Origin: Nitrospirota bacterium
GTDB taxonomy: Bacteria; Nitrospirota; UBA9217
Direction: 5' to 3'
Assembly: GCA_963741205.1 (NCBI GenBank)
Contig: CAVUHW010000026.1
Span: forward strand, 224,001 to 288,000
Length of the DNA: 64,000 bases
Under the pieces are notes generated by a model that did no database searches, was not told the DNA's origin, and worked only from the letters and a program-made list of their open reading frames with translations. The translations under genes were made by a program, and so were the position numbers. Shown here piece after piece: positions 20,724 to 31,245 of the stretch; within the stretch, counting starts at the first letter, position 1, and every line of letters begins with the position of its first letter.

Positions 20724-21500
20724 TCAAACCGCGGGTGAAGAAGGCGTGGTCCCGTTTCCGGACGGGCGTTTCGACCGGAGATACCGCACGCCGGTCCAAA
20801 GCAGCATCAAGGCAAATGCGACACGCAACGCGGCATCGGAGAGCGTGTGGGCGAGCGATCCGCCCAGGAAGGTTCCGAGGAGGATGCCGGGGACGAGTCC
20901 CTTCAGAAGATCCGTCCGCATATTTCCAAGCTTCCAGTGAGTATAGGCGCCGGCGCTGGCCGGGGGAACCATGGCCAGCATGGAAGTGCCCTGTGCCACG
21001 TGTTGATCGAAACCGGCAATGAGCACCATGGCGGGGATCATGATCGCGCCGCCGCCGACACCCATCATTCCCGCAAGAAATCCCATAAACGCCCCGGTGA
21101 ACAGAAGTACGATGCCCTGCATCATGCCCGAGGCCAGCGCATGCAGGATGGTGAGGTAGGGTTTGAACAGCAGGAGGCCTGATACGACCAGCAGGTAGCC
21201 GCCGAAGGAGCGCTTCAGCTTCCACTCCGGAAGGGAATGTGCAAAGCGCGCACCTGCGCGCGCGGTCATGACACCCGGCGTTGCCATGAGGAGTGCCGCG
21301 GTTACATCCACGGTCCCCTTCATGGCATAGGTAATGGCGCCGGCAATCCCGGTGAAGACGAGGGCGAGCAGACTGATGCCGTGTGCCTTATGCTGGTCAA
21401 CCCTGAGGACGCTGACCAGGAGGGGGATCATAACGACCCCGCCGCCACCGCCAATGAGGCCGCCGAAGACGCCGGCAAGAAAACCGATAAAAAAGCTCAT
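20724..21500 (-). CDS. TSUP (TauE/SafE) family membrane transporter
   Basis: Duplicated GxxGxGGG...P motifs (GLIGGGGGVVMIP, GMMGVGGGAIMIP); about 8 TM helices. Confidence 0.9.
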   Translation of the reverse strand: MSFFIGFLAGVFGGLIGGGGGVVMIPLLVSVLRVDQHKAHGISLLALVFTGIAGAITYAMKGTVDVTAALLMATPGVMTARAGARFAHSLPEWKLKRSFGGYLLVVSGLLLFKPYLTILHALASGMMQGIVLLFTGAFMGFLAGMMGVGGGAIMIPAMVLIAGFDQHVAQGTSMLAMVPPASAGAYTHWKLGNMRTDLLKGLVPGILLGTFLGGSLAHTLSDAALRVAFALMLLWTGVRYLRSKRPSGNGTTPSSPAV

Positions 21501-21746
21501 AGAGGATTTTTCGTCAGCCTTTCGTCTTCGAGATGATCTCGCCGAACCGTTTTGCCGAGCTTACGCTGCCTGAATCATCGGCGGGTGAGTGCCCATCGCG
21601 AGGTCTAAGAACACGGAACAACCTCGTGGCAAATATTACAATCAATCCTCAGTATTGTATCGACTGCCCGGATTCCGTCACCTTCACCTACGAGCTTGCA
21701 CGCGTGTTGACTAAAATTCAATGCGACATGCTACTTGAAAAGTGTA

Positions 21747-21804
21747 TATGAACGCTGCGCTCAGCCGCGCGTTCCGGCGCGTCGGTTGCAGTGCATTGTT
21801 GGGC
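21747..21804 (-). mobile_element. attC site 2 (3' end of ModA-like cassette)
   Basis: Minus strand reads GCCCAAC AATGCACTGCAACCGAC...GCGGCTGAGCGCAGC GTTCATA, the classic R''-L''-L'-R' layout, 12 bp after the stop codon. Confidence 0.75.
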
Positions 21805-21816
21805 GGCCAGCTCGCA

Positions 21817-22615
21817 TCAGTCCGGAAGGCGTTTCGCGAGCGGCTCCATCCCGCTGCTCCTGATCACGTCGGATGCGCGCTCGGAGGCGAAGAACGCGAT
21901 CAGTCGCTTCGCCGCTTCAATCTCATTCGATCTCGCCACGACCGCCGCTGAGAACACCTGGTTCAGCTGGATCTCCTCCGCGATCACACCTGCAAAGTCG
22001 ACGCCTGGTGCGTGCACGATTTCGCTGACTGGCATGATCGCAACGTCCGCTTGTCCCGCGGCGACCATGGCCGCCGCGCCTGTGCCGCGCGGCGCGGCCT
22101 TGACGTTTACCCGGTCCGCGATGCCAAGCCGCGGAAAAACGTCCTTCGTAAGGAAGATGCCGCTCGTGCTGCTCGGGACGGCGACAGCCTTGGAGTTCAA
22201 TACGACGCTGTTTGAAGGCTTCGACGGTGCTGACGTCAGGTTTTGCAGCCCCAGCGGACACCGCCACGCCGAGGGGTGTTCGCGCCAGATCTACATCCGT
22301 TCCGGCGGCGATCCGTTGCGCGGCGATCAACTCAGTGAGACCTTCCCTGGAGAGGATCACCACGTCAACAGGAATGCCGCTGGCGAGTTGCGCCCCGATG
22401 GTCTGCGGCCCCGTTCCCTGCGACGAACCTGAGCCGGTGGTGACCTTGATGCCCGTCGTGCGCTCGAACTCCGGCAACAGCTTCTCGTACGGTCCGGAGA
22501 AGCCGCCCGATATCAGCACCTTCAACTGCGCCGATGCGGCGAGCGGCCACATCAACAGTGTCGTGACGACGATCGCATTAACCGCGCTCCACCTGCGTGA
22601 TGATAAAGCATTCAT
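21817..22615 (-). CDS. ModA-like (molybdate-type) ABC substrate-binding protein in a gene cassette, one frameshift near 22205
   Basis: Signal peptide; LISGGF, DVVILS, PDVSTVEAF, STSGI and SEIVH.PGV motifs; GAGGAG RBS directly after the GTTGGGC core site. Confidence 0.75.
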
Positions 22616-22626
22616 GGCTCCTCGCC

Positions 22627-22682
22627 GCCCAACGCGCGCGTGTACCGCCTCGTAGCGCTCGGACACGACGCGCTCGTTGGAA
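22627..22682 (-). mobile_element. attC-like site 3 (supplies the core site of the ModA-like cassette)
   Basis: Minus strand reads TTCCAAC GAGCGCGTCGTGTCCG...CGGTACACGCGCGC GTTGGGC. Its GTTGGGCGG is the exact complement of CCGCCCAAC in attC 2. Confidence 0.7.
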
Positions 22683-23345
22683 CTCTTATCGTGATATGAG
22701 GATTATTTGCACAATATCGACTCGATCTATAATAATAACGCGGTTTGTGAGCTCACCTAAGCGACAAGCATGTATGCTCCGCTAAGTCATTCATTGTTCT
22801 CTCCTGTGGTATGCCATTCTTGCCCATGGAGATTTTTGTTCCTACTGAATTAATCACGCAGTCAACTTTCCAGAATCCGTCTTCGAGGCGAACAACAAAA
22901 CCAAGGAATTCTGTCATTTCGCGCAGATCCTTATCTATCCAGTCTCTTCTGTAGAAAAGCCTTCCAGCAGTACCACGACCCTCAGCCCGGACAAACGTGA
23001 AATTCTGAATACCAACATGATATTTAGAAACGCTTTTCAAGGCGGCCGATATTATTAGGGTAAGCGATACAAACATTGTGGTTGTGCTTTCAATTTCAAG
23101 AATATGTAACCGTTTGAGCTACAGGAAAGAACCTCTTACCAAAACATTCGAGATCAATATGCATATTTCATGTCGTAATGTTGACTTCTTCATCGAATCA
23201 TCGGCAACACCTACAGGATGTAGTCGATGATTGTTCACGCTTTTTGAAATTGCAGAATTGCGAGTGAAGGTTGGCATTTCCAAGATCAGTTTGACATGGG
23301 GAATGAAGGAGGACCGTTGGATGTCCCCCAAAGACGCGTGAAAAT

Positions 23346-24677
23346 CTATTCTTCCTTCAGGATGCGCCAGAGGCTCGTCCGCGAGATGCCGAGCACCTCC
23401 GCGGCCTTTGATTTATTGCCGCCGAGCATGTCGATCACCTTCTCGGCGTAATCCTTGTTCAGCTCCTCGATGGTCTTGACCTTGTCCGGCTCGATGGTCT
23501 CGATCTGAAACATCTTGATGGTCTGCGGAAGGCTTTCGGGAGTTATGACGCCGGTCTTTTCCAGGATGATCGCCCGTTCGACGATATTTTCAAGCTCCCG
23601 CACGTTGCCCGGATAGCTGTAGTTCGTCAGCACGTCCAGCGACTCCTTCGTGAAGCCGGTGATCTTCTTGCGGGAGCTCGGGAGGTGCTTTTCCAGGAAA
23701 TAAGCGCAGAGCGGCGGGATGTCGTCCCGGCGGTCGCGGAGCGGCGGGATGACGATCTCCATGATGTTCAGGCGGTAGTACAGGTCCTCCCGGAACCTGC
23801 CCTCGGCGATGATCGTCCGCACGTTCTGGTTCGTCGCGGCGATGAACCGCACGTCCACCTTGATCGGCTTGGTCCCGCCCACCCGGTAGAATTCGCCCTC
23901 CTCGATGACTTTCAGGAGCTTGGCCTGGAGGTTCGGCGCCATCTCCGCGATCTCGTCCAGAAACAGCGTGCCCGTGTCCGCGATCTCCACGAGGCCCTGC
24001 TTGGTTTTGACCGCGCCGGTGAACGCGCCCTTTTCGTGCCCGAAAAGCTCGGAGGCCAGGAGTTCCTCGGTGAGCGTGGCGCAGTTGATCGAAAGAAAGG
24101 GCATGCTCTGGCGCCGGCTCGTGAAGTGGATGATCTTGGCGAGCAGGCTCTTGCCCACGCCGGTCTCCCCGGTCAGGAGCACGTTGCAGTCCGAGTCCTT
24201 CATCCCGTCGATGGTGTCGAGTATCCGGCTCATGCTCACGCTCTTGGCGATGATCGAGACCTTGCGGTCCATGCCCATGAAGGCCTTGAGCGCGATGTTC
24301 TCCTTTTTCAGCGTCCGCTGTTCCCGGATCTTCGCGACCTTGAGCAGGAGTTCGTCGAGGTTGAAGGGTTTGGTGACGTAATCGTACGCCCCCTTCTTCA
24401 TCGCCTCCACCACGGAGCCGATGCTGCCGAAACCGGTGATGATGATCACCTCGGTCTCGATCTGCTTCTCCTTGATCTTGTCGAGAAGCTCGATGCCGGT
24501 CATGCCCGGCATCTTGATATCGGCGATCAAAAGGTCGAAGTGGTCGCTCTCGATCTTCCGGAGCGCGTCCTGTCCGTTTTGCGTCCCGACTGCCGCGTAG
24601 CCGGCCTTCTGCAGGGTATTGACCAGGTGCTTCAGGGTGATCTCTTCGTCTTCGGCTATGAGGATTTTGAAGGCCAT
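23346..24677 (-). CDS. sigma54-dependent response regulator (REC-AAA+-Fis HTH)
   Basis: DIKMPG, GETGVGKS, GAFTGA, FREDLYYRL, PGNVREL and GISRTSLW motifs. Confidence 0.95.
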   Translation of the reverse strand: MAFKILIAEDEEITLKHLVNTLQKAGYAAVGTQNGQDALRKIESDHFDLLIADIKMPGMTGIELLDKIKEKQIETEVIIITGFGSIGSVVEAMKKGAYDYVTKPFNLDELLLKVAKIREQRTLKKENIALKAFMGMDRKVSIIAKSVSMSRILDTIDGMKDSDCNVLLTGETGVGKSLLAKIIHFTSRRQSMPFLSINCATLTEELLASELFGHEKGAFTGAVKTKQGLVEIADTGTLFLDEIAEMAPNLQAKLLKVIEEGEFYRVGGTKPIKVDVRFIAATNQNVRTIIAEGRFREDLYYRLNIMEIVIPPLRDRRDDIPPLCAYFLEKHLPSSRKKITGFTKESLDVLTNYSYPGNVRELENIVERAIILEKTGVITPESLPQTIKMFQIETIEPDKVKTIEELNKDYAEKVIDMLGGNKSKAAEVLGISRTSLWRILKEE

Positions 24678-24703
24678 GGCTTATCTTCTTTAATTCTGAA
24701 CAA

Positions 24704-24795
24704 GTCGATTCCCGAATGCATTTCTCAATCGGGAATGCCATTTTGCAATCAAGACTTTAAAAGCCAATGGATTCCTGCTTTCGCGGGAATGACGA
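24704..24795. repeat. GTCATTCCCG-type palindromic element
   Basis: ATTCCCGA...TCGGGAAT and GGATTCCTGCTTTCGCGGGAATGAC. Confidence 0.7.
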
Positions 24796-24833
24796 CCTTA
24801 GCGGCCTTGCTCACTTGGTAATCCTTTCTTCCT

Positions 24834-26413
24834 TTACGGCTTACCGACCGGCAGCGTGATCGTGAACGTCGTTCCCTTGCCCTCGTCGCTCTCGACCGCG
24901 ATGTCGCCGCCGTGCTTTTTGATGATATTATAGACGATCGCGAGCCCGAGCCCCGTCCCCTTGTCCTTCGTCGTAAAAAAAGGCTCGAAGATCTTGTCCT
25001 GAGATTCCCGGGGAATCCCTCTTCCGCTGTCGGAGACCCTGATGACCACGCTTGCGGCGTCCTGTTTCGCCATCACGGTAATCTGCCCCTCCGCCTGCAT
25101 TGCGTCCGCGGCGTTCAGGAACAGGTTGGTGAACACCTGCTCCATCTGTCCCTGATCGACGGAGAGGGTGATCCGGAGAGGGTCTGACGAGCAGATATAC
25201 CGGATTCCGCCCAGGTTCCTCGAACTGGCGGCGTGTCGGTACGCATCCGTAATGAGCCCGCACAGGTCCGTTTCCTGGTACTGCAGCTCCCTCCCGCGGG
25301 CGAACTCCAGGAGATCGCTGACGATGCGCTTCACGCGCTCGGTCTGGCCCACGATGTCGCCGACCGCCTCTTGCACATCCGGGGAACAGCTCTCACCAGC
25401 CTCCCGCATAAGCACCTGCGCGGAAAGGTAAATATTGTTGAGCGGATTGTTCAACTCATGGGCCACGCCGGACGCGAGCGTTCCGATAGCCGCCAGTTTC
25501 TTGGCCTGCATCAGCTCCCGGTTTTTTTGCTCCAGTTCCTGCTCGTGCAGGGCAAGCTGGTCCTCCATGTCATTGAACTTGTCGATCAGCACCCCCACCT
25601 CGTCGCGGGCATTTCCGTCCGACGGGGCGACGGCAAGGTGCGGATAGGAGCCCTTTCCCGTTTTTTCCACCATGGTGATGAGGAGCATGAGCCTCCTCAC
25701 CACGTTCGCCGTGATGAAAAACAGCATGCCGATGCCCACGACGAAAAACAGCGGGAAGAAGATGAGGATCGCGAGCTGCGAAACGCGGATCACCGTCTCC
25801 ACTTTTTCCCGGGCGACCTTGTCGAGGTCCTTGGAAATGACCAGGATGTCCTCACCCGTTTTCCTGAGCGCCATGATGTCCGCATCAAGCCTGCGAAGGC
25901 CCGTCACCAGATCGTGGTGCAGGGGACAGCCGGAACACCGTGGTCAGAAATTCCGCCGACTGCGCCGGGCCGCTCAAGAAAGGTCGCTTCCACGAGGGCG
26001 AGGTACACGCTGTTTCTCGGGTCCGCCGCCTTGACCTTTTCGAAGGCCGCGGTGAGGGACGTTGCCGCCGCATCGATTTTGTCGAAACGCTCTTCATAGT
26101 CCTGGATGCCGGCCCGAAGCGACAGCTGGTCCGCCTTGTCGATATGCGGGTTCTGCGCGAGACCTTCCTTGATCTGGCCGATGTAGTCGCGGACTGCGGC
26201 GGCCTCCTCGCCTGCCTTGCCGGGTCCGAAGAGAAAAAAGTTCTTTTCATGCCGCCTGAGCTGGAGCGATTTGCGGCCCAGCGTATCCGTGATTTCGAGA
26301 TACCGGATCTCCTTCCTGATCTCGAGGAAGCTCGCATACTCAAACGCCGCGAGGATCGCGATAATGAAGGCACTGATGAAGAAGCTGAGCGCTATTTTTT
26401 TCTTTAATGACAT
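24834..26413 (-). CDS. HAMP-domain sensor histidine kinase, frameshift near 25920
   Basis: TM-periplasmic (LQLRRHEKNFFLF)-TM-HAMP layout; GVAHELNNPL H-box; FEPFFTTK..GTGLGL. Confidence 0.9.
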
Positions 26414-26494
26414 AGTGTCTAATCAAGGTTCAGGCTCTCAGACAATGTTCCAAGTTCCAACTTTTCAATTTCCAGTGTTGCAATCCGCAATGCG

Positions 26495-27844
26495 CTACCG
26501 TTCCTTCGGGATTCCCCACTTCTTCCTTTTTTCCCAGAGCGATTTACGCGTGATCCCGAGCCTGTCCGCGAGATGCTGTTCATTGCATTCGGTCTGATAC
26601 CGGACGATGAAGGCCTTCGTGTAGTCTTCGATGGAGAGCTTCTGGCCGAAGGACTCAAGCAGGAACGGCGCGGCGGTTTTCATGCCGCCGGGCAGGTGCT
26701 CTGGCCTGATGAGGTCCCCGTCGGAGATCAGGATGGCGCGCTCGATCACGTTCTGGAGTTCGCGGACGTTGCCGGCCCAGTCGTAGTTCAGCAGGATCTC
26801 CATGGCATCTGGAGCGATCTCCTTGACCTGCTTGCCCATCTCATGGCAGTACCATTCGAGGTAATACTGCAAGAGCGCCCCGATGTCCTCTTTCCGCTCT
26901 CTGAGCGGCGGTATCTGGAGGGTGATCACGTTGATGCGGTAGTACAGGTCCTCCCGGAAAGCTCCCGTCTTGACCGCGGCCTTCAGGTCCTTGTTCGTGG
27001 CGGTGATGAAGCGGATGTCGACCTTGGTCCCCTTGGTGCTGCCCACGGGACGGATTATCTGGTCTTCGATGACGCGCAGCAACTTCGCCTGGAGCGACAT
27101 ACTCATGTCGCCGATCTCGTCCAAAAACACGGTGCCGCCCTCGGCCTCTTCGAGGATGCCCTTTTTCGTCGCGACCGCGCCGGTGAAGGCCCCGCGCATG
27201 TGGCCGAACAGCTCGGTCTCGAGCAGGTTCTCGGGGATGGCGGAGCAGTTGATCGGCACGAACGGCATGTCCCGGCGGGGGCTGTTGTGGTGGATGACCC
27301 GCGCGAAGAGCTCCTTCCCCGTGCCGGTCTCGCCGAGAAGCAGGACGTTGCTCCGGGCGTTGGTGATCTTCTTCACCTCGCTGAGAATGGCCTTGATCGC
27401 CGGGCTCGCCCCGATGATGCTGCTGAAATCGTAGTCCTTGCCGATCTCGCGCTTGAGCAGCGCGTTCTCGGCCTGGAGGCTCTTCTGCCGCAGCGCGTTC
27501 CGCACGATCAGCTTGATCTCCTCGTGGATGATCGGCTTCATGATATAATCGTAGGCCCCGGCCCGCAGCGCCTTCACCGACGTGTCGAGCGACGCGTAGG
27601 CCGTGACGATGATGACGATCTGGTCCGGGTTCTGCTCCCGCACCTTGGACAGCATCTCGATGCCGTCCATGCCGGGCAGGATGATGTCCGATATGATCGC
27701 GTCATAGTGGTTCGCTTCAAACAGCGCGAGCCCCTTCTCCGCAGATTCCGCGCCCTCGACGGCATACCCCTCTTTGCTGAAGATCCGCTTGAGGGACTCC
27801 CGCAGCGTGTCTTCGTCTTCTACGATGAGAATGCTTTTTGGCAT
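26495..27844 (-). CDS. sigma54-dependent response regulator
   Basis: DIILPG, GETGTGKE, GAFTGA and GITRKSLW motifs. Confidence 0.95.
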   Translation of the reverse strand: MPKSILIVEDEDTLRESLKRIFSKEGYAVEGAESAEKGLALFEANHYDAIISDIILPGMDGIEMLSKVREQNPDQIVIIVTAYASLDTSVKALRAGAYDYIMKPIIHEEIKLIVRNALRQKSLQAENALLKREIGKDYDFSSIIGASPAIKAILSEVKKITNARSNVLLLGETGTGKELFARVIHHNSPRRDMPFVPINCSAIPENLLETELFGHMRGAFTGAVATKKGILEEAEGGTVFLDEIGDMSMSLQAKLLRVIEDQIIRPVGSTKGTKVDIRFITATNKDLKAAVKTGAFREDLYYRINVITLQIPPLRERKEDIGALLQYYLEWYCHEMGKQVKEIAPDAMEILLNYDWAGNVRELQNVIERAILISDGDLIRPEHLPGGMKTAAPFLLESFGQKLSIEDYTKAFIVRYQTECNEQHLADRLGITRKSLWEKRKKWGIPKER

Positions 27845-27861
27845 TGAAACCTCTCTCCTCT

Positions 27862-30807
27862 TTACCCTTCCGCCGGAATCCGGATTGTGAACCGCGTGCC
27901 CTTGTCCTTCTCCGAGTCGATCTCAATCGTGCCGCCGTGGTCTTTGATGATGCTGTAGCAGATGGAAAGACCGAGTCCCGTCCCCTTGGTCGGTCCCTTG
28001 GTGCTGAAGAAAGGGTCGAAAACCTTGTCCCTCACGTCGGGATCGATCCCGTGTCCCGTGTCCGAAAACTGCATCTCGACCTGGCCGTCATGCCGGTGTA
28101 TCGCTATGTCGAGGCTCCCGCCGTCCGGCATGGCGTCACGCGCGTTCAGGATGAGGTTCAGAAAGACCTGCTGCATCTGGTCCGGGTCTATCTTGAGCGC
28201 GGGCGTTTCCTGGACGTCGGCGTGGATCTCGATCTTCCGGAAATTTTTGTCGTACCGCACCAGGTTCAGCGTGTTCTCCAGGATGTCCTTGAGGCTGGTC
28301 GGGACTTTCTGGCGGGGATAGAGCCGGGCGAAATCGCCGAGGTTCCGGACGATCCGCGCGATGCGGTGCACATGCTGGATGATCGTGGTGAGTGATTCCT
28401 TGGTAAAGGCCGTCAGGTCCTCGGTCTGCAGTTCCTGAACGAGCGAGGAGATGGAAGCCAGCGGGTTCCCGATCTCGTGGGCAACGCCCGCTGCAAGCCT
28501 CCCGACGCTCGCGTGCTTGGTGGCCCGGAAGAGCTCCTCCTCGATCTTTTTCTTTTCCGTGATGTCCTCCAGGACGAGCACGTATCCCTTTTGCGCGCCC
28601 GTGAGCCGGCTCACGTACCCCTTCAGGATGATCTGGGGGTCGAAGTTTCTCCTGCAGGTTATTTCTCCCTCGTGGATCTGCGGGGTGAAGAGCCGGGGCT
28701 CAAGGCAGGTGAGCAGGTCCGAGGCGTCGGTGTCGAGAGCGTCGGACTTCTCGACGCCCGTGATCATTTCCATGCCGCTGTTCCAGTATTTGACGGAGAG
28801 CGCCTCGTCCAGCGTTGCCACGCCGAGCGGAAGACTTTCAATGATGTTCTCGCTGAATTCCTTGAGCATCGCCAGTTGCCGGTTCGCCTCGGCGAGTTCC
28901 TGACGCGAGAGCCTGAGGCTCCGCGAGATCTGCTGGATCGAATTCGAAACGCGCAGGGCCTCGTCGTGGGTCAGGACCGTCCGGTCCTGGAACACCAGCG
29001 TACTGATGGAGGTGCCGAGGGCGCCCGAGAGGACCCGTTCGGCCTCCTGCCTCAGTTTCAGGAGCAAATCGCCGGTTATAGTTTCCCGGTCCGCGCCGTT
29101 CCTCTTCAGGAACCCGTCGACTGCCTCCCGGGCCTCTGCGGGTCCGATATACTGGTCGAGGATGCCCTCGATCTCGGCGACACTGGCGGGCCGCTGCGCA
29201 GGGGTCAGGGGAAGCGGAGAAAAGGAATCCACGAAGACGATGGCCTGATGCGTTTCAGCGTCGGACTGGCGCGTAAAGATCGAGACCCCCACGTAGAAAC
29301 CGACATTCAGGAACATGCCCCAGAACAGGGAATGGCTCCACCGGTCCAATCCTTCCAGGCCGAAGAGCGCCGTGGGGTTTAGGAGCGTGGAATTGAAGAC
29401 CGCGGCCATGAACCCGCCCGCCTCGATGATGCCGGCGCGCATGAGCGCGGGGATCAGGAGCGTATAGATCCAGACGCTGAAGCCGGCGATGATTCCGGCA
29501 ATGGCGCCCTTTTTGTTTCCTCCCTTCCAGTAGAGGCCTATCAGGATGGAGGGCGCGAAAATGGTGACGGCCTCGAACGATTTGAGGCCGATGTCCACGA
29601 GACTGTAGAACTCCCCGACATACACGGCAAAGGCATAGCCCAGAAACACGCAGCCCAGGATCACCAGCCGCTTGATGTTCAGGACCACGGCGTGGAAGTT
29701 CCTGATGGCGGAGAGGTCCCAGAGCGTGGGCATGACGAAACTATTCATGACCATGGTTGAGAGGGCTACGGACTCGACGATGATCATGGCCGTGGCCGCC
29801 GAGAAGCCGCCTATGAACACGATGAGCGCGAGGACGGACTGCTCATAGTGCATCGGAATGCTGAGCACGAAATAGTCGGCGCTCGACTGGATCTCTCCCA
29901 GAAGCAGTCCGCCGTATGCAATGGGCAGCACGAAGATATTGATGAGGAACAGATAGAGCGGAAAGAGCCACATGGCTTTCTTGATATGGTCCACCGAAAA
30001 ATTTTCGACCACGGCCACGTGGAACTGCCGCGGCAGGAACAGGATGGCCATCATGGACAGGAACGTGAGCGACGTCCACTCAAGAAAACTCACCGGCGAC
30101 TCTCTGCCGACGGTCATGAGGGACGCATAGGGCCCCGACTTGATCTTCTCGAAGATCTCGCCGAAACCATTAAAGAGACCGTAGGTAACGAACAATCCGA
30201 CGAGGAGGAAGGCGATGAGCTTAAAGGCGGACTCAAAAGCGATGGCGAAGACCAGGCCCCCGTGCCGTTCCGAGGCATCGAGCCTCCGGGCGCCGAAGAT
30301 CACGGCGAAGATGCCGAGCAGGAGCGAGATGAACCAGCCTGCGAAGTGGCTCCCCTCGGGCCTGCCCGAGAGCAGGGAAAACGACGTCATGACGGCCTTG
30401 AGCTGGAGGCCGAGGTAAGGGGTGATGCCGACGACCGCCACGAGCGTGACGAGGACCGACAGGCCCAGGGACTTTCCGTAGCGCGATGATATGAAGTCCG
30501 CGATCGTGGTGATCCTGTTTTCCTTCGAGAGATAGACGATCTTGCGGAGGACGACCCACCAAAGGGCCGCCATAAGCGTGGGGCCGATGTAGGTCGTCAG
30601 AAAGCTGAGGCCCGAATTCGCCGCCCTGCCGACGCTGCCGTAGAAAGTCCAGGACGTACAGTACACGGCCAGGGAAAGCGAATAGATGTAAGGGTTGGAA
30701 ACAAGGCTCCTGCCCGCAAGCTCCTTGCGTTCCGCGTAATAGGCTACGGAAAAAAGCAGGAGTAAATAGGAAAGAATGATAGTGAGTAAGAGCCAGGGAG
30801 AAAACAA
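27862..30807 (-). CDS. Na+/solute-symporter-domain sensor histidine kinase (CbrA/CrbS-like) with PAS domain
   Basis: YSLSLAVYCTSWTFYGSVG and LPRQFHV motifs; about 13 TM; STAC-like linker; PAS; AHEIGNPL H-box. Confidence 0.92.
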   Translation of the reverse strand: MFSPWLLLTIILSYLLLLFSVAYYAERKELAGRSLVSNPYIYSLSLAVYCTSWTFYGSVGRAANSGLSFLTTYIGPTLMAALWWVVLRKIVYLSKENRITTIADFISSRYGKSLGLSVLVTLVAVVGITPYLGLQLKAVMTSFSLLSGRPEGSHFAGWFISLLLGIFAVIFGARRLDASERHGGLVFAIAFESAFKLIAFLLVGLFVTYGLFNGFGEIFEKIKSGPYASLMTVGRESPVSFLEWTSLTFLSMMAILFLPRQFHVAVVENFSVDHIKKAMWLFPLYLFLINIFVLPIAYGGLLLGEIQSSADYFVLSIPMHYEQSVLALIVFIGGFSAATAMIIVESVALSTMVMNSFVMPTLWDLSAIRNFHAVVLNIKRLVILGCVFLGYAFAVYVGEFYSLVDIGLKSFEAVTIFAPSILIGLYWKGGNKKGAIAGIIAGFSVWIYTLLIPALMRAGIIEAGGFMAAVFNSTLLNPTALFGLEGLDRWSHSLFWGMFLNVGFYVGVSIFTRQSDAETHQAIVFVDSFSPLPLTPAQRPASVAEIEGILDQYIGPAEAREAVDGFLKRNGADRETITGDLLLKLRQEAERVLSGALGTSISTLVFQDRTVLTHDEALRVSNSIQQISRSLRLSRQELAEANRQLAMLKEFSENIIESLPLGVATLDEALSVKYWNSGMEMITGVEKSDALDTDASDLLTCLEPRLFTPQIHEGEITCRRNFDPQIILKGYVSRLTGAQKGYVLVLEDITEKKKIEEELFRATKHASVGRLAAGVAHEIGNPLASISSLVQELQTEDLTAFTKESLTTIIQHVHRIARIVRNLGDFARLYPRQKVPTSLKDILENTLNLVRYDKNFRKIEIHADVQETPALKIDPDQMQQVFLNLILNARDAMPDGGSLDIAIHRHDGQVEMQFSDTGHGIDPDVRDKVFDPFFSTKGPTKGTGLGLSICYSIIKDHGGTIEIDSEKDKGTRFTIRIPAEG

Positions 30808-30984
30808 TTATCCGCTCCCATCCTCCCGGTCCGGGAATTTCGTGGAGACAAAAATGACGGCGATGAAAATCAGCCACATGACGAACAGGTAAATAGCCAG
30901 GCCGTGTTCAAAAATGCTGATGAGCGGCCAGCTGAAAAGAACCATGCCGATGAAAAACAGGAATATCCCGATGTCCTTTCTCAT
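30808..30984 (-). CDS. 58-aa two-TM protein translationally coupled to the SSS kinase (not in ORF track)
   Basis: Translates as MRKDIGIFLFFIGMVLFSWPLISIFEHGLAIYLFVMWLIFIAVIFVSTKFPDREDGSG*. GGGGAG RBS; its TAA abuts the TTG start of the kinase. Confidence 0.75.
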   Translation of the reverse strand: MRKDIGIFLFFIGMVLFSWPLISIFEHGLAIYLFVMWLIFIAVIFVSTKFPDREDGSG

Positions 30985-31194
30985 TGTTTATCTCCCCGCG
31001 CCCGCCCGTGTAACCTTTTTGCACATTGCCTCGTAACAGTGTTCAAAATAACACAATAATCCTGATAAATCAAGCTAATAGATGTAACTGTAGACGGGCC
31101 GCGCCGGTAGAGATTATTTTTCATGTTTCGGATGGGCATCGGGGAGAGGTACCGTTACAGTTTTACTCAAAGTGAAACCCACTGTGCGGCATAC

Positions 31195-31230
31195 CAAAAA
31201 AAGGGAGGGCAGTGCGCTGCCCTCCCTTTC
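31195..31230 (-). terminator. Intrinsic terminator ending the TSUP...PPDK-like operon
   Basis: AAAGGGAGGGCAG-CGCA-CTGCCCTCCC-TTTTTTTT on the minus strand. Confidence 0.85.
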
Positions 31231-31245
31231 ATCGTTTCGGCTCTT

